Shown here in pieces: positions 14,251-29,855 of a DNA stretch of 64,000 nt. The translations under genes were made by a program, and so were the position numbers. Every line of letters begins with the position of its first letter. Positions within the stretch are counted from its first letter, which is position 1. Source of the DNA: the human T2T-CHM13v2.0 reference genome, Homo sapiens; the NCBI RefSeq assembly GCF_009914755.1, contig NC_060928.1, one strand, 5' to 3'. Below the pieces are notes generated by a model. That model made no database searches and was not told the origin of the DNA. It saw only the letters and a list, made by a program, of their open reading frames with translations.

Positions 14251-15984
14251 ACACCTGGACATCAGCCAGAGAGAAGCAGCTAAGTGCATCCTGCAGCCCT
14301 GGGTGGGAGCACTCTAAATTGGACAGAACACATCACGGGTTATACTTTCCAAAAAGGCAAAATATGACATTTTATACAGCAAAATTCTAATTTTGTAGAA
14401 AATCAAGGAACGAGATGGAGGGACTATCTCAGGGTGTGGAGCAGAGGGCTCTCTACACAAGTCCTCAGGTCTCCTGGCCAGCACCTGTGTCTCTTCTGGG
14501 GCCACGCCAGGGCTTCCAGAGCCCTGTTGTCCGTGTGCACAGCAGCCGCTAGTGCCTGGAATGAGTGCACCCTGGGGGCAGCTCTTAGCCAGTGCTGAGC
14601 CTAGGATGGGGGCCACTCTGGGCTGGGCACCACTGTGGAGGGGCCTGGAGGGGGCAGGAGGAGAAGCTTGCCCCTGCCCTCACAGTGCTTACTGTCCATG
14701 GTTAGACAGGCAGTTTCTATGCTGACCTCCTCTGCAGAGTGGCCCATCACATGCCGTGCCTGCCCCTTTCCATGGGTTCATTCCAACCCTGACCCTCAGA
14801 CTACAGGGTCCTTGAGGCTGAGGACTCTGTTGCCCTGTGTATCCCTAGCACTGATGCAGGGTCTGGCACCTAGCAGGTGCTGGACTAATGAGAGTTGAGT
14901 TGGATTCACTTGATGAAAGCTGGCTTCTGATCAGGGAGGGACATGTACCAAGCTGCCTGATGAGGGTGTGGCTATGGCCCGATGCTGGGGGCCCTGCAGA
15001 GGAGAAGCTGGACTCAGGAGGGCTGGACATGGGGTGGGGCAAAGACAGAGAAGGACGGCAGCCCTGGAGGATGGTGTGGGTGAGGGAGACCTGGGAGAAG
15101 GTGATCTCTGAGGGGACAGGGTGTCAAGAGGCTTGTCATGGGTGTGGCAGTGAATGCCTTGACTTCCCCGGCTCCTCCAGAACCTGCAGCAAAGTTCCTG
15201 GTACCAGGCCGTGCTCTGTGGTTGGGGAGCCCAAGGCTGGTGGGCCAGCTGCCATCAGGCCATTTTTGCATAAAGCAAGAGAGAGGCGAGGATGCCAAGA
15301 TGTCATTTTGCTGGGCCTGGGGATGGCAGGTGACTTTAATTATTTCATTTCTGCATTTTCTAAATTTTCTGCAATGAACCTTTGCTGCTTTGTTTTTCTT
15401 ATAAGGATGGAATGATAAGCAGTATTGGCAAACCAGGCAGCCCCATGGGTCTGTCTACCGTGGCATGGTTCAGGCCTCCTCCCAGCGGTAAGGGAACCAT
15501 GACCTTGGCAATGCCTCGGCCTTCTGAGGCAGGGCCAGTGGGCTGAGACAGAGTGGCTCGAATGGTCGTCTGTGATGCGTGACTGCTGTGGAGTCACTAA
15601 GTGGTGGCCAGTGTGGCAGCAGTGGTGAAGGGGGACGCCCTCCTGGCCTTCTGTTCCCGCATCTTTGGGGACCAGGAGTGGCTTTGCTCCAGCTGTGCCA
15701 GCCCTGGAGCTGGCCATGAAGGTGCTGGGTGGGCACCCTCTCTTTCCTGGGCAACAATGGGCCTTGGACCACGTATCCTGACAGAATAGGGAGGACAAGG
15801 GGCTCACGGAAGCAGAGACTCAGCCAAGGCCCCAAAGCACAGGCACAGAGGGGCTGGGACGAGGGCCCAGGTCTCCTGACCCCCAGGGTAGCCACAAAAG
15901 ACGGGTCCTGGCTTCATAGCACCTCCAGCAGGGAGTCACAGCTGTAATCGTTGAAGTTTCTGCCCCACCCAACGAGAGGCCATA

Positions 15985-16570
15985 GCTTATGGGTTGAATT
16001 GTGCACCCCAAATTCCTGTGTTGAAGCCCTAACCCCCAGTGTCATTTGGACCTTGAGAGCTTGTTTGGAGGTTCTAGCAGGGGAGTGCAGCTACTCATAT
16101 ACCCTTGACCGAAGACCGGTCCTCCTCTGTTGGGGATGGTCAATGGAGCATGCAGCTTTGGGAGGGACGCATGTGGAGCAGTGAGGGAGGAAGGGGACAC
16201 CCGTCTAGCCAGCAAGATCAACCGAATCAACCCTGGCAATCAATGGCGTGACAGATGTCGCAGCCAGATCGCCCTCACATCCCCCCAGTATCATTTGGAA
16301 TGAGGGTCTTGAAGGAGATAATTAAGGCAAAGTGAGGTCATGTGGGTGGGCCTCAATCCAATCTGACTGGTGTCTTTATAGGAAGAGGAGATTAGGACAC
16401 AGACACATACAGAGGGAAGACCCTGTGAGGACCAAGGCTGAGGAGTGAGACCTCAGAAGGAACCAGCCCTGCTGGCACCTTGACCTTGGACCCCCAGCCT
16501 CCAGAAGTGTGAGGAAACCATTTCTGTTGTTTGAGCCCTGTGCTCTGCGAGGCTTTGTTATGGCTGCGCA
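15985..16570 (+). mobile_element. MLT1B-like solo LTR interrupted by a 7SK retrocopy
   Basis: TATGGGTTGAATTGTG..CCTAACCCCCAGT start; LTR resumes after 16283 (GGAACCAGCCCTGCTGGCACCTTGA). Confidence 0.85.
16047..16282 (-). pseudogene. 7SK snRNA retropseudogene, 3'-truncated (about nt 1-245), no polyA
   Basis: Reverse complement reads GGATGTGAGGGCGATCTGGCTGCGACATCTGTCAC...CTAGAACCTCCAAACAAGCTCTCAAGGTCCA, matching 7SK; 17-bp TSD CCCCAGT(G/A)TCATTTGGA. Confidence 0.95.
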
Positions 16571-16944
16571 GGAGGCCACTCTCCCTCCCCCTTGGCTTGC
16601 CCATCCCAGGAACAGGGAGCTCCTTGCCTGACCAGGAGGCCTCCGTGGACAACTCCGAGAGCAAGCTCTCCCTGTGACTGAGCCAACCACCCCTCCCACA
16701 GCTCCGGCCAGTGGCCCTTGTTCTGCCCCTGATTCCACCTGAATGGAGGGCATCATGCCAGGGTCCTCAACAAGCACGAGTCGCGGCCTGCACAGCCACC
16801 CTGGACCCCACTGCAGGAAGCTGTCAGAGGCTGCGGATCATAGAGGAGGGAGAATTTTGAGCAGGAGCATGCCATGGAAGGCTTCTCCAAGGAGGTGGCA
16901 TTAGATGTGGGCCTGAAATAGGAGTTATTTTTTGAAGGTTTCAT

Positions 16945-17257
<313 letters not shown>

Positions 17258-17327
17258 TATTTATTTATTTATTTACTTTTTATGTCAATTGTTATTTATT
17301 TTGCAAAAGCATCATCACAGAGACTCA

Positions 17328-17619
17328 ATTTTTTTTTTTTTTTGAGACAGGGTCTCATTCTGTCACCCACGCTGGAGTGCAGTGGTGCCATCATGGCTCA
17401 GTACAACCTCTAACTCCTGGGCTAAAGGGATCCTCCAACCTCAGCCTCCTGAGTAGCTGGGACCACAGGTGTATGCTGCCACTTTACCTGGCTAATTCCT
17501 TTTATTATTTATAGAGATGGGGTCTCATTATGTTGCCCAGGCTGGTCTCAAAACTCCTGGCCTCAAGCCTTGACCTCCCAAAGCGCTGGGGTTACAGGCG
17601 AGAGCCACCACACCTGGCC
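17328..17619 (-). mobile_element. AluJ
   Basis: Diverged antisense Alu. Confidence 0.92.
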
Positions 17620-18162
17620 AATATGAATTTTTTAAATTGATAGAAAAGAAGGCTCACTTATTAATCGATAAAAAAAAAGAGCCATAGATGGGAAGTGAAC
17701 CTTCCCATGGGGAGAGTTCAGCTGGGGATTCTTGCCCCCCCAGCTCACCAAGTACAGAGCCATGTCCACCTGCCCGTTCCCCAGGACATCAGCAGGGCTA
17801 GCCCTGGACTTCTAGCCTCCCCTGGCTGTTCTGCTGGGTCTGGGTGATGTTCCAGTTGCCACGGCAAGTATGGGTTGTCTGTTATGGAGCACAATGATTA
17901 ATGATCAATTATTATCTAATTATTAATGTCATTTCTTGGTGGAGTCCCCATGCCCTGTTGGGCCCTGAGCCCCTGGGTGAGGCAACGACATGAACAAAGG
18001 CACCGAGGAATCCCCACAAGGCAGGAGCTAAAATTCCAAGGGGTGACAATGATATTTGGGGGACTTAGTGCAATCAGAAAAAATGAAGTCAGAAAAATGG
18101 AAAAATGATCGCAGTGGGTGAGTGTTGACAGACTTGTGGGGACGGCCCTGATGTATGATTGA

Positions 18163-18700
<538 letters not shown>

Positions 18701-18747
18701 CTTCGTATTGTTTTGATTCAATGTCAGTTGCACATTATTTACTTTAA

Positions 18748-19074
<327 letters not shown>

Positions 19075-19100
19075 TGAGAAACATCAAATAAGGAATTATT

Positions 19101-19357
<257 letters not shown>

Positions 19358-19451
19358 ATTATTAAACACGGAACGAAAAAAAGATGGAAAGAAGATATAA
19401 ACCAGAGAGGGCGATATTAAAGGCAACATGGAGGCGCTGTGGAGTAAAGCG

Positions 19452-19860
19452 CAGGTGATGTGGAGGTGAGGAGGAGGTGAGGTGGAGGTGAGGAGGAGGT
19501 GAGGAGGAGGTGAGGAGGAGGTGATGTGGAGGTGAGGAGGAGGTGAGGAGGAGGTGAGGAGGAGGTGATGTGGAGGTGAGGAGGAGGTGAGGAGGAGGTG
19601 AGGAGGAGGTGATGTGGAGGTGAGGAGGAGGTGAGGAGGAGGGATGCTGAGCTGCTGGGGCGGGGATGTGGAGATACTGTAGTGGTGACGTACAGGTGAT
19701 GTGACGGTGTTATGGAGGTGAGGGGATGGCATTGTGATGCTGTGGAGGTGACGTGGAGGTGACATGAAGGCATTGGATAGGTGATGTGGAGGTGACGACG
19801 TGCAGGTGCCGGGGAGGTGACGTGAGCGCAGTGTGGAGGTGATGTGGAGGGGATGAGGAA
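19452..19860 (+). repeat. 11-bp minisatellite (GGAGGAGGTGA/TGTGGAGGTGA), decaying toward 3'
   Basis: About 17 clean units at 19452-19645, then degenerate GGAGGTGA units. Confidence 0.92.
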
Positions 19861-20229
19861 GGGCCGTGGGGTCATACTGTGATCCCAGTCCTGCTTCCAC
19901 CAGCTTCTGCCATGGGACTCAGGCTTCAGGCTTATATTCCCCTTAGGAGATGGGGCTCACCAGGCTTCCCTCCGGGTCTGTGGGAGAATCCACCTAGCTG
20001 GCACGCCGAGCTCCAGGGTCATCACGGGGGCCGAATCACTTCTGAGAGGAGCAGGTGAGCGTCATGTCAGCTGGGACTCCCGCATCCATCCTGCTCCTTC
20101 GCTCTGCATGGCCGGTGACCCCAGTGGCTTCCTGGCCCCTCGCTGCTGTCACAGGCTGCACCTCGGGCTCTGTTACCTGAAGGGACTTCTCTGGGGATGT
20201 CTGGGGCAGGGGCCAAGGGCACCAGTGTT

Positions 20230-20420
20230 GGAGTTTGATGGACCCAGATTTTAACCCCCACTGGGCTGTGTGGCCAGGGGCAACTCACTTCTCCCCACCT
20301 CTTAGCCTCCATTTCGTCACCTAAAAACAATGGGGGACATCACAGGCCCCCAGGACATTGCATGGGTTCAGGGAGTGACAGCCCTGCACGGGGCTCATAG
20401 TGCACACTCAGTGGTAGCGG
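20230..20420 (+). mobile_element. MIR fragment
   Basis: Degenerate MIR core (GGGCAACTCACTT..GCCTCCATTTCGTCACCTAAAAA). Confidence 0.55.
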
Positions 20421-21589
20421 GCACAGTTGCTAGTATTGCTCCTGAAAGGGCACTGTACTGGGGTGAAGACGTGGACACCCTGTTCCAGGAATGTGCGCAC
20501 ATTGAGAAGCTGGCGTTTAGTTTGTGCCAAGGACATGTGTTGCTGGTGTCAGCTGTCCTCTTATCTGGACCCTGCAGCTCGTGGGCTAGGGGGCATTGGC
20601 CACTGATGTGGCTTCTCGGGGCTCTGTAAGATGAAGTATTAGGAACCCAAACACATCACTTGCCAGGTGTAAGATGACAGGGTGTCATGGGGACTGTGGC
20701 TGACTGGGTGGAGCCTGCAGACCCCATTCAAAGGCAGGACTGATACACAGCTTGCACGCACTGGCATGGCCACACCAGCTGTCAAGATGATCAAATGCTT
20801 CTGCACTGGGTGGTCAGAAGCTGTGGCCCTGAGCCCCTGATTGCACTCCTGCTGCCGTGGGCCCTCGGGAGTGCCTCTGGACTCAGCAGCTAAAGGGTCA
20901 GCCCCTGGCCAGCAGGGCCTTCTGGAACCTGCTCCAGCGCCAAGGCTTGAGTCCACTCTGATCGGTTGGTGCTGGGCTGTTGCAGTTATTAACGATTTCT
21001 GATTTCACTCCTGACTAAAGATATTCAGATTAACGTTTTTAAAAACATGGTGCTGACTCATTGGAACACATCCAAGTCTTGATTTGTCCTTGGTTGGGAC
21101 CTCCAGTGTTGGGGTAAGGGGACATTGATGATGGGGGTCTTGGAGTTCCAGCCCTCACCTGGCCATGGCTAGAAGCACAAGCCCTGCTCTTTCTTCCCAG
21201 CTAGGGGTAGGCGGTCTTCATGCCTCTCCCGTATTCTCTGGTGGCTGTGGCTCTAAGCTCCTCTCTCTGGTCTTCTTCATTAAGGGCTACACTGGTTGCC
21301 CCTGGTGCTTATCTCCCCAAAGTTGGGGACCACGTTTTCCCCAGATTTCAGTTCTACATCAAGATTCTCAAAGGGGAGCTTGACCCTCCATCACAGCCCT
21401 CTTCTTCAACCCTCTCTCTCCCCACCCCTGCACAGATGCCCTTCCCTGCAGCCCACATGGACCCACCTTTAGTCCCTTGAACACAACAAGCAGTTTTGCA
21501 GTGCCCTGTTTTTGCTCTTGGTGTGAAATGCCCATTTTCTTTTGTTTGGGTGCCTTATTCATCCTCTGAGATCTGGATCTGGTGCTACC

Positions 21590-21790
21590 CGCTCCAGGAA
21601 GCCTTCCTAGACAATCCTTGTATGGGTTGGGTGCCTCCTGGGTCTCCTCAGACCTCAGTGCTTCTTTCTGTCACAGCCCTATTAACTTTTACCAATGTTG
21701 TGTCTGTGTTTCTGTTTTATTGGACTGACTTTCTTGAGGGTGGTGCCCAACACAGAGGAAGTAAATGCTTGTTGAGAGGATGGACAGACA
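21590..21790 (+). mobile_element. L2 3' end
   Basis: CAGGAAGCCTTCCTAGAC..GTGCCCAACACAGAGG.AGTAAATGCTTGTTGA. Confidence 0.65.
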
Positions 21791-22766
21791 AAAGTACAGA
21801 GGGATGGATGGATATTGGATGGATAGACAGATAGATGGATAGATGATGGATGAATGGATGGATGGAGGATAGATGGGTAATGGATGGATGGGTTGTTGGG
21901 TGGGTGGATGGAAGGATGGATGGACACAGGAATGGATAGATGGATGGTGGGTGGATGGATAGATGGAGGAAGGGGTGGATATTGGGTGGATAGATGCATG
22001 GATGATGGATGAGTGAATGGATGCGTGAATGATGGATAGGTGGGTTGGTGGGTGGGTGGATGGAAGGATGGATGGACTGAGGAATGGAGAGATGGATGGG
22101 AGATGGATGGATGATGGGTGGGTGAGTTGATTGGTAGGTAGATGGAAGGATGGATGGATGAAGGAATGTTTAGATGGACGGTGGATGGATGGATGGAGGG
22201 ATGGAGGGATATTGGATGGATAAATGCATGGATGATGGATGAGTGGATGGATGGATGATGAATGATGGATGAATGGGTTGGTGAGTGGGTGGATGGATGG
22301 ATGATAGAAGATGGATGAATGGGTTGGTGAGTGGATGGATGGAAGGATGGATGGATGGAGGAATGGAAAGATGGATGGAGGGATGGAGGGATATTGGATG
22401 GATAAATGCATGGATGATGGATGAGTGGATGGATGAGTGGATGGATGGATGATGGATGAATGTGTTGGTGAGTGGGTGGATGGATGGATGGATGATGGAT
22501 GGATGGGTTGGTGAGTGGGTGGATGGAAGGATGGATGGATGGAGGAATGGAAAGATGAATGGTGGATGGATGGATGGATGGAGGGAAGGAGGGCTACTGG
22601 ATGGATAAATGCATGGATGATGGATGAGTGGATGGATGGATGATGGATGAATGGGTTGGTGAGTGGGTGGATGGAAGGATGGATGGATGGAGGAATGGAC
22701 TGAGGAATGGTGGATGGAGGGATGGAAGGATGCATGGATGCATGGTTATATGGATGGATGGATGGA
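21780..22766 (+). repeat. (GGAT)n-based complex repeat, about 1 kb
   Basis: Read directly; recurring ATTGGATGGATAAATGCATGG landmarks. Confidence 0.95.
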
Positions 22767-24119
22767 AGTTTGCTTGAGTTCAGCATATTTTGTTGGCAAG
22801 TCTCTGTGGCAATGTGCTCTCTCTAGTCTCAGGTTTACATTTCATTTAGCTGAGCCATCCTACCCTTCTTTCACTTCTGCCCTTCCCTTTCTTTCAATGT
22901 CTAAGTCCTGGTCTATTGAGGGTTTTCTGGTTGCCCCAAGTCCCCTCCACCATCTTCCACAGGAGGCCTTAGGGATTTGATGCCAGTGTGGCTCCTCTGC
23001 AGTCCCAGGTTCTCAGGGTGAGCATGCAGTCTTGTGCTATACTCCTGCTACACTTCCAGCTCCTAAATTTGGCAACGTCCTGAGTCTGGATCAGGCAATA
23101 CAGATGGCAGGGAGAAGGCTGGCTTGGTTGCTTTACTTGAAACAGGCTCTATGTAGCTGTGTGGTCTTGGAGAAATTGCTCATTTGCTCTGAGCCTCAGT
23201 TTCGTCATCTGCAGAATCTTGTGATTCTGTGGGAGAAAGAGACCAAGAATAAAGTGCAGTCATGTGAAGTTGCCATCCCCCTGGCAGAGGACGCGGGGTA
23301 GAGCTGGGGTCTTCTTCAGAAAGCTCACCTTCCCTCTTCCTCCCAGGGCTGCAGCTGATCAGCCTCCAGCATGCAGCGCAAGTCGGGCGTTTTGCTTCAG
23401 TAACGGAGAGGAAAATTGCAGTGGTGATGGTTTGAGTTGTGCTATCACTTAGCCTTCACACTCTGAGGGTCAGCAGTTTCTGAGGGTTTATAACCCAGGC
23501 ACATTTTATAAATCAAAATATTATCAGAGCACAGTCAGAGCTGCACCCTTCAGCACCGAGAGGAAGTCAGTGAAGCAAGAAGCGCACACTGGGATCAGCC
23601 GTTTGCAGAGCCGAGGTCCTGCCTTGCCCTGCGGATGGCTCCCGGCCGCCTTGGGGAAGATGCTGAGAGACCGGGAAAGGCCTGGCGTCCAGAGCGTGTG
23701 TGGTGATCCATCAGCAGGGTGGCTGCCCCTCCTGCACCCTTGCCCCTGTTGTGAGCAAATGGCGTGCCTGCCACATTTGGGGACTGTAGGATTAATTGTG
23801 TGGGGTGTGCAGAAACACTGCTCCCCCTTGATGTGGTTGGGGTATGGACCTGGTGAGCATCCCCTGAAATCTGCCTCAGATCTGAGGGATGAGTGGGAGC
23901 TCTGGGAACAGGAGGGAGGCTGGGTACAGGCATCGGGTAGCTGTGGGAAGCCAGAGAGGCCTGGGAGGAGGAGAGAGGGAAGAATGAAGACGTGGGACAG
24001 GAAAACAGGCTGTGTGTCTAGAGCCCCCTCCTTGTAGTTCTGACTTCTGTATGCACGGGGGTGGGGTGGTTATAATCACTGGGTCTGAGCTGACCATTTG
24101 TAGGTAACGTAGAAAATGA

Positions 24120-24580
24120 CTTTAGCTGCAAGTAGCAGAAGTAGCAGGCAGGTGCCTGCTAGGTTTGAACCCACAGGGATTCATGTTTCTCCTGAACAGA
24201 AAGTCTGGAGGGTTGGGCTGCTGCATGATGCCACCAGGGCTGAGGCTACTGTGTCTCCGGACATCACATCCATGTCCCAGTCAGGAAGGCGGAAGACAGG
24301 AAAAAGGCCGTTTTCCTCTTAAGTCTTTGCTTTTGCATTCAGGAAGGAAAGCTCCACCCAGCAGATTTTCCCTTACACCTCATTGGTTACAACTGGGTCA
24401 TATGCCTGCCTTTTGACGAATCATGGGCCATGAGCAGTTACCAGGGCTGATGTGGACCAATCAGGATTTACCCCCTTTCACTGGGGGTGGGCCTTACCTC
24501 CCCTGCGATCTCGAAATCTCTGGGGGTTTCCTGACAGTTTGGGGTTTGGAAAACAGGATGGGTGGTGGCTACTGGGGAGG
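24120..24580 (-). mobile_element. old MLT1 (J/K/L-like) LTR
   Basis: CATCACATCCATGTCCCAG; CTCATTGGTTACAACTGGGTCATATGCC. Confidence 0.55.
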
Positions 24581-24834
24581 CGAAGGACAGCGCCTGCCAC
24601 TCTACCCACCCTGGGCAAAGCATGTGACACACACGACTGATTTACGCCTCCAACCCTGTTTTCACGACCCCCATTAAACCCTCTCTGTGGGTGGGCACCC
24701 TTGCTTGCATACCTCCAGTGACGGGGAACTCTTCATCTGCCCAGGCCTGGAGGTTCGGGCCTGTCAGAAAGTTTTTCTTTGGACTGAACTGAATTCTGGC
24801 TCCATACGGTCCACCTGCCAGCGATGGGCCCTCC

Positions 24835-24901
24835 GTGGCCATTCTCCTCACTGCGGTGGCTTTTCCTGTGGTGGCCATTCTCCTCACCACGGTGGCCTTT
24901 C
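24835..24901. repeat. 36-bp tandem duplication
   Basis: GTGGCCATTCTCCTCAC at 24835 and 24871. Confidence 0.85.
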
Positions 24902-25455
24902 ACATGGCAGAAGGCTGCTCCCACCGTCCTTACGAGTCAGATCTCCTTCAGGAAAGGCCCTGGCTTTTCCCACTGCTCCCTGTAGGCCACGGTCCCAGGC
25001 CCTGCAGCTTCCTCCTGGTAGAGTGGGGAGTGAGTTGGGGGGGAGCCGAGGCTGGGATGGCGAGGCCTGGAGCAAGGGTGCGTGCCTCCCAGCTCAGCTC
25101 TGCTCCTCACTCGCCCACACCAGGCACGGTGGACACCGGGAGGCCCTGCCCGCCTTGGAGGACCTCACAGTCCCTGAGGCCACTGGAAAGCAGCCACAAT
25201 GGAAACCCAGACTGGAGAGTCTTGAGTGCACTCCAGGCTCTGGTCCAGGCGCCGAGAGAAAGAGCTCAGAGGAACGAGGCCTGCCAGCCACGGCCACAGT
25301 CAGGGCCGGCTCGTCCAGCCCCTGCCCTCATGCTGTCCAGTTGTGGACAGGGCCTCCTGCTGGGCACACGGGCTGAGCAGGAGCCTCTGCAGCCTTCCCG
25401 AGCCCCCGAGGCTTGGAGCAAGGAGTGAATAGGACCCTAGAGGTCTCCAGAAGGT

Positions 25456-25572
25456 GTCTCTCTCTCTCTCCGCCGTCTCCTCTTTCCTCTCTCTCTCTGC
25501 CATTTCTCTCTCTCAAGCTATACAAGATTCTGAAAAAACAAAAACAAAACAAAAACAAACAAACAAACAAAC
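25456..25572. repeat. (CT)n and (AAAC)n microsatellites
   Basis: Read directly from sequence. Confidence 0.85.
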
Positions 25573-26414
25573 CCCAAAGCCACGTTGTGAATTTCCAGGG
25601 CCTGTGCTGAGCTGCCAGGGAAACCACAGCCTCTGGAAAGCAAACCCCAAGCCACTGGCGAGGCTCCTTCGGCCCAACCACGGGAGTGTCCGAGCAAAGA
25701 TCCAGCCCTCCACCTCCCTCCCGACCCCCCACAGACAGAGCCCCGTCCCCAGGAAGGCCTGAAGAGGGGGTGCCAAGGCCGTCCTCAGCGGGGTGCCTGC
25801 GTGCAGAGGGCAGCCCGCTTTCTCCTGAGACACCCGAAAGCGGGTGCTGCTGTGCTGGGAGACTCTGAGCATCACCGTTTCTCCTAGACCCTGCCAAGGT
25901 GAGGGCTGCGTCCCCAGCTCTGATGGACGGCAGGGGCAGGAAATGACGGCGAGCAGAGGCCTGAGGACACGGAGGGGCTGGGCAGGCTTGCCTGCCCTTG
26001 GCTGGCTCACGGTGCAGACGGAGCCCCCACCACAGGCCACCGCCTGGTCCCTGCTGGGAGGCACAAGCTGCAGGGAACCTTTAAGGTCAGGTGAGGTCCC
26101 CTCCCTCCCTCCCTGTGTGTCCTCCCTCCCTCCCTCCTTCCTGCAGCGGAGTAGGTGGTTAAGAGCTTATGCTCTGGAGTGAGACAGCTCCGAGGGCCAT
26201 CTCAACCTGCCATTTCCCAGCCTGTGGCCTCAGACGACCTATTCTGCCTCCCTGGGCCATGATGTCCTCACCTCTGAATGGGGCTCCTAACCTCCAGCTC
26301 TGTAAGTCATGCTGCCACCACAGGTGACGCCAGCCTCCAACCAGGGCCTTGAAGCAAAGGCCTATTTCTTGCTCAACTTCAGTGCCCCTCACGGGTCCAG
26401 AGAGGCCTGGCTTT

Positions 26415-27353
<939 letters not shown>

Positions 27354-28137
27354 GGAGAAACTCTTATCAAATTTTTAACCTTGTGCTTTGTGGCTGTGTC
27401 GTTCACAGACAATTGTTGTTTTACTCTGATACTATCCTGGATGCTTCTGGAATAGCTACAATACAAAATTGCAAGAGATTCTTGGAAAAGACAGTACCCC
27501 TGCTGGGATTCTCCAGCCCAGTAGTCTCCTTTTGGTCGATATGAAGACAATTGATCCCCAATCTCCTTTCTTTTCTTCCTTCCTCCCTCCCTGTTTCTTC
27601 CCGCTGATCTTTCAGCATATATTTAAGCCCCTGGTTTTAGCGTCAGGTGCTCAGGGTTCAGAGGTGAATGAATCACCACCCTGCCTTTATGTAGGAGGTC
27701 ATTCCAGTTCCAAAGCAGGGTGCCAGAGGTGTGTGATGACCCGGGTGTGAAAGGAGCCTGGAGGTGGAGAGGCCGCCAGGTGGGAGGAAGAGTTCCTGGC
27801 TCACATAATTAGGAGGTGCAGCTGCTGAGCTCTGGGCTCTGCTGAATCTGGAAGGTGGGAGCCCCGGGTTTGTGCCAAATTTATTACTTTTTGGTTGGAC
27901 AGTGAAGTAAATCTCATCCGTACTCCATCCCCATCTCCAAAATGGGCCAATATGTACCTGCCAGGTTGTTTTGAAGACCAAATAAGACAGCTGCTGTCTA
28001 AGATCTTTGTAAATAACAAAAACCTGTACTGATTGTTGCCTTGTTGAATCCTACCTCCTTGTGTAAATGAATGTTCCTGTTGAAACGTTTTTTTTCAGAG
28101 TGCAAAACTAAAACACATGCATTGAAAAAACTGGAAC

Positions 28138-28853
<716 letters not shown>

Positions 28854-29563
28854 GGACCACATATAAGTTGATAAAGTACAACGTGGAAAGACTCACTCTG
28901 AACCTCAAAGACTGCTGCTGCTAACACTGTAACTTCTGCAAACGCAGAAACAGCTAAAAGGCAAGGAGGCTCAGCTGGGGTGGCTGGGCCAGCCCTGGCC
29001 TGCCTCCACTCACTAGCTGTGCGTTCTTGGCAAGTCACGGGAGCAATTGCAACCTTGCTGGTGTCACACTTATGGTAGAGAGGAGAACGGCGCCACCTCA
29101 CTGCCTTCGTGAAGGTTGAGCGATCTCATCGCCTGGCTTGGTGAGGGTGAGTACTCAGGCAGTGCTGCTGGGTCCACAGCTGTGGTTTCAAAGTGAGGGA
29201 GATATTTTGCTGAGCCGACTTGAGTCATGACTAGTGTTTTGCAAAGGTCAAAGGATTCCTGTCATGATTCCAAGAGCAGTTTCCACGGCAAATAAGCCGG
29301 GCGTGTTGGGCTTCCCAGTTTTGTTTGCTGAAGTCGCCTAACGTTACCCATGCCATATATTTCAAGTCTATGCTTTCCAGGTTTTTGTTTTAAATTGTGG
29401 TAAACACCTAACATAAAATTTACCATCTTAACCATTTGTAAGCATATAGTTCAGTGAAATTAAATACATTCACGATGTTATGCAGTGATCAGCACCATTT
29501 GTCTCTAGAATTCTCTCCATCTTCCCAAACTGAAATATGTCCCTATTAAATAACAACTCCCTA

Positions 29564-29855
29564 GGCCCGGCGCCATGGCTCACGCCTGTAATCCCAGCAC
29601 TTTGGGAGGCTGAGGCAGGTGGATCACCTCAGGTCAGGAGTTTGAGACCAGCCTGGCCAACATGGTGAAACCCCGTCTCTACGAAAAATACAAAAATTAG
29701 CCGGGTGTGGTGGGGGGCGCCTGTAATTCCAGCTACTCAGGAGGCTGAGGCAGGGGAATCACCTGAACCCGGGAGGCGGAGGTTGCAGGGAGCCGAGATC
29801 GAGCCACTGCAGTCCGGTCTGGGCGACGGAGCCAGACTCCGTCTCAAAACAAACA
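29564..29855 (+). mobile_element. AluS
   Basis: Full Alu. Confidence 0.95.

Noticed and set aside
16047-16282. Functional 7SK gene
   Set aside because: 3'-truncated, mutated, flanked by TSDs and with no evident upstream Pol III promoter.
21689-22786. 365-aa minus-strand ORF (PSIH repeats)
   Set aside because: Translation of a (TCCA)n repeat that lacks stop codons; not a gene.
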